A stretch of 64,000 nt of DNA from Octopus vulgaris (Eukaryota), in assembly GCA_951406725.2 (NCBI GenBank), contig OX597827.1, positions 61,566,001-61,630,000 of the forward strand, read 5' to 3'. Every line of letters begins with the position of its first letter. Positions within the stretch are counted from its first letter, which is position 1. The notes beneath the pieces were generated by a model, which worked only from the letters and a program-made list of their open reading frames with translations, was not told the origin of the DNA and made no database searches. The translations under genes were made by a program, and so were the position numbers. Shown piece by piece: positions 13,501 to 25,400 of this stretch.

Positions 13501-16500
13501 GCACTAAGAATGAACCTGAAACCAGGTGCTTACAAAACACACTGCTTGACTACAAAGCCACACATCATCATCATCGTTTAACGTCTTCCATGCTAGCATG
13601 GGTTGGACAGTTTGACCGAGGTCTGGAAAGTCAGCGGCTGCACCAGGCTCCAATCTGATCTGGCAAGGTTTCTACATCTGGATGCCCTTCCTAATGCCAA
13701 CCACTCCAAGAGTGTTGTGGGTGCTTTTTACGTACCGCCAGCACAGGAGCCATTCAGGCAGCCCTGGCATTGACCATATTCGGATAGTGCTTTTTACGTG
13801 CCACCGGCATGAAAAGTAAACATGAATTGGTTTCTTACCTCACGTCCTGATACCACTAACTGCTTAAACGTCATTGCCTTGAGATGGGCCTGTTGATCCT
13901 GAAGAAATTAATAAGAGAATATAGGAATTGTTTAGAAACAAAAACACTGCAAAAAAGTTAAACTGGATTAGAAATAAAAACAAATTCACAAATTATACAA
14001 TCAGGGTTTCAATTCCTGGGTCAGGCAGTGCATTGTGTTCTTGAACAAAGCACTTCATTTCCTATGACTCCAGTCCACTCAGCCGTATATGGGTTCCAGC
14101 AACTGCTGGGAAGTAAACTCTGCGACAGACTAGCATTCTGTTAAATGAGGGGTGTTGCAACCTCAAACACTTAACCCTTTAGCATTCAGATTATTCTGTT
14201 AAACGTAATGCTCTTTCATTCACATCGTTTTTAATCAACCATGCATTATCTCATAGCTTTCAAATTTTTATCATGTGATTGTCATATATTGAACTCTTAA
14301 AGAATATATAACAATTGCAGTGTGGAAGGTGTTTGTAAGCCATTTAAGAAACACACAAAAGCCGTTCGATTCACTTCAACATTTAAGTTTAATTTGTCAA
14401 AATATTTTCGTCGTTATAAGACCACGACCTGTTCACTGACAAAAATCCGTGCTGCAGCATGGATTTTTGTCAGTGAACAGGTCGCGGATTTTAGCGACGA
14501 AAATATTTTGACAAATTAAACTTAAATGTTGAAGTGAATCGAACGGCTTTTGTGTGTTTCTTAAATGGCTTAACAAACACCTTCCACGCTGCAATTATTT
14601 TCGTTCCAGTACACGATCTCAGATCAAATCACTTGCTAAACAAATGCTGTATATTTGTTTAAATAATTAAAAACCACCAGTCATATGGCAAGTGTGAGTT
14701 TTATGTGGACTTGTCCCTTTTTTTTCTTATATATATTACAATTAAAAATAAATGGGGACACACAATTAATTCCACTGCTAAAGGGTCATGGTTGATATTG
14801 TTACCCCTTCTCATACATTCTGCTTTTGGTTCTACTTCTGCTATGGCGAGATAGAAATTCACAGTTTGCGGCTATTTGATCCTTGTTCCTATCCCTATGC
14901 TTTTAAGATAAGCAAATCAGAAAACTTGACATTGATAGTATATTTTTAGAATGGCATTGAAGGATAGATGTAATAGGCTGGATCTGGCTGGTTAGAACAT
15001 AAAACAAATAGCATGTTTGGGCCGGATATGACTGATTTAAATGCTAAAGAGTTAAATGGAAACTGAGTCCGGCACTGGCCTTATGAGTCCTGAGGCTCAT
15101 GAAAGATCTAAGAGATGAGGACAGAGAGATTGATCTAAGTTCTACATCACCTACCTAGAATTACAATTTACCTCAGATATAATGAATCATAATAATTACC
15201 AACATCATCAACAACAAAATCTAACAGTCAAGACTAACAGTCAGTGTATATGTAAGTATGCATGCAGGTACTTCTAAATACATAGACAAATTGTGTGTGT
15301 GTGTGTGTATCAGAAAGTGAGAGACAGACATTTACCTGATTCAGTTCTCTGGCCAACATGTGGAACTGGTGATCAACTAAGACTTTGAGTAGACTGAGGA
15401 CCTGCTCCACTTGGGTGATCAACTCTCGGACATTCTGTAAAGATGCTCTTTCAACATTCTGGCACTCAACTAGGGAAGAATAACGGATGAGATTTAAAAT
15501 TAATTTATAGGAAATCCATATTAAAACAATGGCAGAAGACATCAGAAATGATGCATAGGTATAACATATAATAGACAAATATATTGGTACATAGAATAAT
15601 ATAGACCAGTGCAGAGAGGTGGATGGGGAAAAAAAGAGACACAGATGGAAGAGTAAGTCAGAAAACAGCACAGCTCCCATGATTTTTCAGAAACATTTTT
15701 TCACGCTAAGAGTTGCTGAAGCATGGAACAAACTGCCAGCATCAGTTGTTAGTTATCAGAGACTGCATCCTTCAAAACTTCCATGCTTCCTGAGATTCGC
15801 CAACACTATACCTGATTTTCTCCCCTCCATACACACACAAGCATGTATCTGACTCATACATTGTTCGCTTTCCAGACATTTGTACATTACTGCATATACT
15901 TTATATGCACTTTTTGACAAGTTGTGGTGCACCTGAGCACTGTATACAATAATTGCATTATTATTATTATTAAAACAAAATAGAGAGTTGGAAAAGCAAA
16001 AACAGACAGAAAAGCAAAGACAGACAGATGGATAGGCAAACAAGAGAGACAGGTGGAAGGGCAAATAAAATAGACAATTGAAAGGAGAAAGGAGACAGAC
16101 AGGTGTAAGGGCAAATGAGACAGACAAATAGATGTATAGCAAAGCCAGATAGGTGGATGAGTAAATGCATGGACAATCAAAGAAGATGGGTAAGCAGTGA
16201 AAGACAGAAAATTAGACGAATGGAAAAAGACAGAGACACATGAGAGAGAGAAAATGAAATGACATACTTTGCCATTGCTTCCTTGTCTGTTCATCCATGT
16301 GGTGACCATCATAATGGGGGCCAGTCATTCTCAAAGTTGTTGGGTGCCCAGCTGTAGGACTGAAAAGCAATACAAAACAGATAATGATGATGATTATGAC
16401 GACAGACCTAACAAATAACAAAATACACCAATGTTTGTCAACAATACCAACACACATGGTCAGAAATATTATATGGAAGGAGGTGAAGACATTTGCTCAA

Positions 16501-17853
16501 AACCCTTATTATTTACTGCTCTTTTACATCTCTACTTACAAACTCTACTTTCTCTGTCGACCTTCTTGTGATTCCACTGCACCTCTCATGTGTCTATAGT
16601 CAACACTGAACACACCATAAGGAGTTTCTATCTACACCTTGTCTACATATGGAACAGGGCCATTTACCTGAAGGGATTATTGCGCTGTGTGTTTTCCTGC
16701 TAATTAGAACTTTAGTTGTTGCTAAGTTAGCTTTAACAATCCTTTGACTTCAGGTTTTGTTTCCACACTTGGAATTTTAATTCTAATTCTACACTTTCTG
16801 CTGTAAGGAGCATTGGGGAGTTCCCATACAGTTAAATCTATTGACTTCAGTACTTAACACATATTTTATTTTATTGACTTTGGAAAGATAAAAAGCAACC
16901 AGGATTTGAACTCTGACTGTAAAATGACAAAACTAAATACAAGGTATTTTCCCTGCTGCTCTATTAATTATATATCAACTAATATATACTAGATTCAGTG
17001 AACTTTTATTAATTGAATAACTGTGACTGTCTTTTTGAATATTTAAATATTTTTTTCCACTGAATCAGATAAATAAGGGTAGGACAAGAGGATACATTAT
17101 ATGTATGTGTGTATGAGAGAGGAGGAGGAGGAGAGAGAGAGAAAGTGAGTGAGTGAAAGAGAGAAAGAGAGAGAGAGAATGTGTGTGAGAGAGAGAAAAG
17201 TGAATGTGTGAAAGAGAGAGAATTTGTGTGTAAGTGAGAGAGAGAGAGAGAAAGTGAGTGTGTGAAAGAGAAAGAGAAAGTGAGTGAAAGAGAGAAAGAG
17301 GAAGAGAAAAGTGAATGTATGAAAGAGAAAAAGTGAGTGTGTGAAAGAGAGAGAGAGAAAGAAAATGAGAGTGTGAAAGAGAGAAAGAGAGAGAGAAAAG
17401 TGTGTGAAAGTGGGAGAATGTGTGTGTATGAAAAGAGAGAGTATGTGTGTGTGTGCGTGTGTGAGAGAGAGAGAGAGAGCCTGTAAAAGTGACTTACCTG
17501 TCGGCTGCTAAAGGTGAATCAAGTCGGGAGTTGAAATCTATGAAGTCTGAGACATTGCGCACCAGAATTGAGGTGTGCTGTAGTTGCTCACTGGTGAACT
17601 TGCACACTAGCTGCACAAAGGAAGGAACAAACAAACGGTATAAATACACAGAACATTCAGGGTGACACAGGGAAAGGGGAGCAGGCACAGACATGGCTGA
17701 GTGGTGGAGAAGTTTGCTTCACAACCCATGTGGTCTTGGGTTCAGTCTCACTGTGCACCACTTTGGGGAAAGCATCTTCTGCAATATATAGCCCTAAGCT
17801 AACCAAAGCTAGATGTGGATTTGGCCGGCAAAAACTGAAAGTACCCCACCATA

Positions 17854-17895
<42 letters not shown>

Positions 17896-20800
17896 CTCCT
17901 GTCTAAACATGACATGATGGTTGTAAACAAGCATCACCCTCATACAAGTCAGAACATGGGGAAAAAAATATTACCATGCTAGGAACCAGGTGAGGGTTGG
18001 TGACAGGAATGGCATCCAGTCATAGAAAAATCTGCCTCAACAAATTCCGTCTGACCCATGTTAGCATGGCCATTAAGATGATCGTGATGATAATAGGACA
18101 CCCTATTCAAAACCAACAGGATCCAGGAGAGGAAAAGACAGCCCAGGTTTGAGACCTGTGGAGAAAAGTCATTGATGGCCAAAGGTTCCATACAGAGTCA
18201 AGCGCTTAACCCTCTCTGACCTGGGCCCCAGTGTCCAACTTTATAATAGTTGCATAGACAGCTCAAGAGTAATGATTGCAGGCAAACTAATGGACAGAAT
18301 CACTAAAAAAAATTCAGGAGAATAACAGTAATAGGCCTACCACTTGGGATGTGTGACAAAAGATTGCCAGAGACTGGATATAGGATAAAATAAGAACAAT
18401 AAGGAACAAGAGCACTCAGAGAGCACAAACCTCCACCAAAGCAACACCAACATCCTCTCAACGATTAGCTGGAGATGCTTTTTTAAAATGAGAATATCTG
18501 AAATAAACTCAACTGCTCTCACAAACGAGAATACTAAAACTGAACCTGACCACTCTCAAAAATTCAGTAAAAAAAAAAAAAAAAAAAAAAAACGGAAAAA
18601 TTATCCATAGTCTTTGACCGGTACTAGATTGATCCCAAGATCTAATTAGTTCATGTGCTAGTCACAAGGCCAAACATCCCTGGAAGTTTCATCCGAATCT
18701 ATCCAGTAGTTCTTGAGATATCTTGTCCACAGACAAACAAACAAACATGACTGAAAACAATACCTATGCCTTTGCTAAGGCGGAGGTAACGAGTGAAGAA
18801 TGAATACATAGTGCATGTGTTTATTTGGCAAGAAAAAAAAATGACCATCTTGGAAAATAACAATATCTGTTTCAACACACAATTTCACATAAAAAATAAT
18901 CTCGCAACACAAATTCATAAATGGAAGAAAAAACAAAAGGAAAAAAAAAAATGAAGCAACAAAACCTGTATACTTACATAAGTAATGGATTCACCATCAG
19001 TTTTACAGTGATATTCTGAGACTATATATTGATCCCAAATAGGCCTGTGAAATATAAAATTGAAATATAGAATTGAAAGAGGCAGTGTAGTTAGAATAGT
19101 CAGTCTCTTAACAACCAAATCAGCAACACATGTAATCTAATCACCATTTCAAATACCAAATCAGCACCATACTTACCTTTATTGCTATTGAGGAAAGATT
19201 TTGAAGAAAAAAAAAATGTCTGATAAAACTGGAATTCTTACACAGAACTGAACTACACACAATGAAATAATAATAAGTCCATTCAAAGGATTTATAAGTC
19301 AGGTCGCTATATGTAGTAGCACTACCAATAATAATGTGAGATTTGGTACTACCTGCAGGCATTTGGAAAAAAGAAAACTATGGTTCTGTGTGGAACAAAA
19401 AATAATAAGTCCGTGTGAAGGATTAAATAATTGTGTGTGGAGCAAAAAAAATAATTCTGGTTAGAAGAAAACAAAATGAAGAATTTATGATATATTTAAA
19501 GCAAGTTATACCAGAAGATTTCAAATATAAGCAGATATCATCTGTTGAAACTGAAAACGAACCAGTAGCTTAGAGATATCCATGATGTGATTGTTTATTT
19601 TTAGAATGACATTGTAGGATAAGCATGAGGGGCCAGATCCAGTCAGTTTGAACATAAATCAGGTAGACTATTTGGGCCAGATAAGGCCAGTTTAAATGCT
19701 AAAAGGTTAGATAAACTAAATAAAGTCGGGTGTCTTCGTGCTTACCTGAGGATCCGTGACAGGTAGAGGCAGATGCCGTTGTGTTTGCCAGAGAAGACCA
19801 CATCGTGACCAGCTGCTGAGCATCGTCCCAATATACTTGAGTGGTAAGACTGGGAGAATGGTTGCTGCTGCTGCTGCTGTTGAGGCTGCTGTGGATGTGG
19901 CTGAACCATTGGTGTGGAACTATGAATTGGTGCAGACCCTAAGATGGAGAGTAAAGGAGGGCAGAAACAAACAATTATTACATTATAAGAGAAACAAAAC
20001 ACAAAAATAACAATAATTGTGATATCTTACATAAATAAATTGCAAAAAAAAGAAAAAAAAAAGTGCTGAGAAGTTTTGCTATGTTTATGTGCTACATGTA
20101 TGTCTTGGGTATGAACATGTAAGGTGCAGGAGTGGCTGTGTGGTAAGAAGCTTGCTTACGAACCACGTGGTTGCAAGTTCAGTCCCACTGCGTGGCACCT
20201 TGGACAAGTGTCTGCTACTATAGCGTCAGGCCAACCAAAGCCTTGTGAGTGGATTTGATGGACGGAAACTGAAAGAAGCCCGTTGTATATGTGTGTGTGT
20301 GTGTTTCCCTCCACCCTCAACATCGCTTGACAACCGATGCTGGTGTATTTACGTCCCCGTAACTTAGCGGTTCGGCAAAAGAATCCAGTAGAATATGTAC
20401 TAGGCTTACAAAGAATAAGTCCTGGGGTAGATTTGCTCGACTAAAGGCGGTGCTCCAGCATGGCCACAGTCAAATGACTGAAACAAGTAAAAGAGTAAAT
20501 GGTATTTTCTTAACTGGCCAAGCTCTACAGCATTTGAACCCAGAATGCAATGGCAGAAATATAAGCACGCCGGAAGAAGTGCTTAGCGGTATTTCGTCTG
20601 TCTTAATGTTCTGAGTTCAAATTCCACCGATGTCAACTTTGTCTTTCATCCTTTCGGGGCCGATGAATTAAGTATCAGTTACGCACTGGGGTCGATATAA
20701 TCGACAATCCTTTTGTCTGTCCCCTTTGTGTGTAGCCCCTTGTGGGCAGTAAAGAAATAAGAATGTAATGTCAGGAGAAAGCTGTTATGCCTTTTGACCG

Positions 20801-22368
20801 GCAGCAGTGCCTTCACAATAATGATTCAAAGAGACAGATAAATAAAGAGAAAGAGAAGATACAGGCAAAACAGATACATATAGATAAAAAGAGAGACCAC
20901 GGAGACAACTGGATAAAACGGGAGAGTAAAACAGATTAAGAGAGAGATACAAAAAAAGAAATAAATAAAAGGGAAAAGAGACAGAGAGAAAGAGATACAG
21001 ATAAAGTGAGACAGAGATAGAAAAGGGAGAGACAGATACATGAAAATAGTGATAATGTAATGCCTTCTGATTGCACAAGGTCAGCGATTTGGGAGTTTGT
21101 CAAAATCAAAGACTTCAGAAATTTATTTTATTTTATTTAGCCTGCTTGCCCTACTCTCGAAAGGGTATGGAGAAAGAATAATAAGAATAAAAGAAAAGCG
21201 AGGGATAAAGTGTTCGTAGGAAAAGTTTAACCCCTTTGTTAGCATATTCTTATTGAAATACATCATTTGAGTGTGGCCATTGCCAGTACCGCCTGACTGG
21301 CCATATGAAAAAACATTTGAGCGAGGTCATTGCCAGTGCCGCTGGACTGGCTCCTGTGCAGGTGGCACATAAAAAACACCATTTGAGTATGGCCATTGCC
21401 AGTACCGCCTGACTGGCCCTCATGCCGGTGGTGTGTAAAAGAGTGGTTGGTGTTAGGAAGGGCATCCAGCTGTAGAAACTCTGCCAGATCAAGATTGGAG
21501 CCTGGTGCAGCCATCTGGTTCGCCAGTCCTCAGTCAAATCGTCCAACCCATGCTAGCATGGAAAGCGGATGTTAAATGATGATAATGATGATGATGACAA
21601 CTGCCTTTGTTCTAAATTAACTTCGAAAATTTTCAAGAATTTAGTAAAATAATTTTGTCGTTATTAAGTGGATGTTTGTACATAAAATTTTTGGTGGAAG
21701 GTTTTAATTTAAATCACTTCAAAAGAAGAAACTTGTAGCATAGAACCAGGGGCAGTCCCAGGTGGGTTGTTATCAAAAGGGTTAAGGTAGAGCAAGCTTA
21801 AAAAGTTTGTTAGCCAAGCAGGAAAGGTTAGTAAGGGTTTATACCAACCTGGTGCTGGTGTTGGCATACTAGCAAGTGTTGTGTAATGGGTTGCTGGGTC
21901 ATACATCATTGAGTAGGACAGATGACCAGGTGCTGCTTGACCTGTAACAGGAAAGGTATGGTTAACACCCAGCATTTATATGTGATGCCTACATCATATA
22001 GACCATATATCACACTTACACAGACACACATACATAAGAGTGCAGACAGACAAGCAGAGAGACATGTTGGCATTTATGTCATATATTTATAAAGTCAATA
22101 CTTATAATGAATTTTTATTGTTCACACATATTGTAGCATAGGATGCAGTATTGTTGTAGCGTATTGGCACAGGTGTGGCTGTGTGGTAAGGAGTTTGCTT
22201 CTCAACCACATGGTTTCAGGTTCAGTCCTGTTGCATGGCAGCTTGGACAAGTGTCTTCTATTATAGCTTCAGGCTGGCCAAATCCTTGTGAGTGAATTTG
22301 GAAGAGGAAACTTGAATGAAAACCATCATGTGTGTGTATATGTGTGTGTGTGTGTGCGCGTGCGTGCG

Positions 22369-22405
<37 letters not shown>

Positions 22406-25400
22406 ATGTATGAATGTATCTATGTGTGTCCCCTGCCACTGCTTGACAACTGGTGTTGGTGTGTTAGCATCCCTATAACTTAGCAGTTGGGCAAAAAAGA
22501 CTGACAGAATGAGTACCAGGTTTTTAAAAAAATTAAGTACTGGGATCGATTCATTCAAATCAAATTCTTCAGGGCAATGCTGCAACATGGCCACAGTCTA
22601 ATGAGTGAAACAAATAAAAGGTAAGCATGTACATATACACACACACACTGTAGGGACACCTGTCTCACATTTATACAATGTGTATACATATAGAAGTATC
22701 ACCAGGTCCAGTCCTTGTTATGTTGTGATGGCCTGTCATCATCATCATCATCATCGTTTAACGTCCGGTTTCCATGCTAGCATGGGTTGGACGATTTTGA
22801 CTGAGGACTGGCAAATCAGATGGCTGCACTAGGCTCCAATCTTGCATGGTGCAGCCATGCTTCAATAACTCATGATACCTAATTAGAGTTCATGTTCGTT
22901 CAACAATGAAGCCTCAACACTACACTTGATCTACTAGAAATAACAGCTAAATCTCACTCAATGTTCACCTTACTGTTTTAAAATAAGGCAAGACCCACTG
23001 GTCAATTTAGTTCTAGATACCCATTAAAAGAGTGAACAGTTGCAGCCAGAATAGTTTTGATGTCGCACCCACTACACTCTTGGAGTGGTTGGCATTAGGA
23101 AGGGCATCCAGCTATAGAAACTCTGCCAGATCAGATTGGAGCCTGGCGCAGCCATCTGGTTCGCCAGTCCTCAGTTAAATCGACCAACCCATGCTAGCAT
23201 GGAAAGCGGACATTAAACAATGATGATGTGCTTAATGAAGTCTGGGCTAGGTTTAAATAACAACACACAGCTAGGTGGACCTCTCCACTGACAAATAAAT
23301 GTCTTAGTCACAAAAAAAAAACACCAGCATACAATTCTCTCTCAGTTACATAAATGCCTTAGTTACAAACAACACAGCACCAGTGTACAATTCTCTTTCA
23401 GCTACAGCCTCTTTCTCTCTACTGTATGTCTTGGTCACAAGCTATACAATACCAGTATACTTATCTCTGTTCCATAAATGTCTTAGGTCAGACACACAAC
23501 ACCAGTGTACAAGTCTTTCTCTCTCTTTTACATAAACATCTGAGCCACAAACAACACAATACCACTGCACAACCTTCTCTAAAAAACACTGTATAAATCT
23601 CCCTCTGTTACATATCTTAATCAAAACAACACCACTATGCAAGTCTCTCTCTCTCTCTGCTATATAAATGTCCTGGTTACACACAACACATCATCAATGT
23701 ACAAGTATTTCTGCCTGCTGCAATAAATAGAATGGAAGCAAAAAAAAAAAAAAAAAAAAAAAGGAAGATTTACCAGGATATGATGCTGGGCCAACACTAG
23801 TAGGAATCCCTGGTCCATATTCATTTTCACTTGCAATTTTCATGTGTGGATGTCCACCGTACATAAAGAAGGCCATTTGAGCCCAGTTGACAATCTGTAA
23901 CAGTGAAATTATACTCAAATGCAATGTTTATTTACATTGTTCCGAATCATGTATTATCTTGAAGCTTTGAGATTTCAATAATGTGATTTTTATTTTATTT
24001 TATCTAGTTTCAGCTCACGAGCTGTGGCCATGCTGGGGCACCGCCATTTGGTGTTACTACATGATTTTACTTCACGAATGCTTTTTAGCAATTGCCATTT
24101 GGTGCATGAGAGAGTTCGATGCAGCTGCCCTCATCTGCACCTCCTGCCGTGAAGTTGGTTCATCTGGGACACCTGACAGGAAGAGATCCAGTTTTATTTT
24201 AAAGACATTTGCATCCACCCCATGCAGGTCTCTCAGGTTCTTCAGGAGGATATTGAAGAGCTGTGGGCCTCTGAAGCCCAGGCTATCACAGTATCTTGTC
24301 CTATATCTTGATGTCAAATTTGGAGTCCTTGGCACTATGCAGTGGCGCCCAGTTCTAGTATTTGTGTAACTCTCGATGCCAAAGTTTGGGACAAGTCCTT
24401 CTAGGATCTTCCAGATGTATATTACGGCAGGTGTGAGAGGTAGGATCTGGTCTGTTTGAAAATACATCTGGTAGAACATTTGGGCCAAATATGATCAGTT
24501 TAAATGCTCAAACATTAAACTAGTTGCATCTAATAGGGTGTGGTCATACTTGTGCACAGCCACAGATTGTAAAAGCATAAAGTTCAGGTGCTGCAAGAAC
24601 AGAACCATATCCACAGGACTTGTTCAGGAGAAGCAATAACAAGAACAATAAGGGTAACGTCAATGAAGTTGCTAGCCCAGCTAGAAATAGCAGCCATATT
24701 CCTCTCAAATTACATCTTGCCATGTCATAAAAAAAAAGAGCATATTGGATAATGTAGACAGGCATAAATGAAAAGATGGAATGGTCTGTTCAGTGAAGGA
24801 CGACTCGCAGCTGAACAACATCTTATTAAGAACAAAACGGAGTGGGGAGTTGACACAAATGGTGATGGTGGCAGTGCAATGGAATCAAGCTACAACGACA
24901 ACAAAAACAACAAAACTTACTTGCTGGTCACTGGGAGATCGGGAACAAGCAAGAATTAAACAGGCAGCACATGCTTGGTCAACCTGTGAAGATGTGGAAA
25001 CAGGAGAAAAATATAAAGAACAAGGTGGTAAAAGACATTTACAGATTGGTAAAAATAAAACAAGTTTCATATTGAACAATATATCTGTTGATCAACTTTA
25101 CATCAATAAACATATCAAGTACAAGTCCATACCTTTTTTTTTGTGTTTTTTTTTGTTGTTGTTTTTTTTTGGAAGGCTAAATATGATGTGATAGGCAAAG
25201 ACATGACTGTGCAGTTATGAAATTTGCTTCCCAACCGCATGGTTTCAAGTTCAATCCCATTCTATGACACCTTGGGGAAAGTGTCTTCTACTACAGCCCC
25301 AGGCCAACCAAAAATTTGGATTTGGTGGATGGAAATTGAAAGGAATCAGTTGTGTGTGTGTGATCATCGTTTAATGTCCGCTTTCCATGCTAGCATGCAT

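Noticed and set aside
16352-16353. Alternative acceptor for exon 21
   Set aside because: Breaks the frame with exon 22; 16359 fits
19169-19178. U1 snRNA 5' end (ATACTTACCT)
   Set aside because: No downstream U1 sequence; it is the reverse complement of a splice donor
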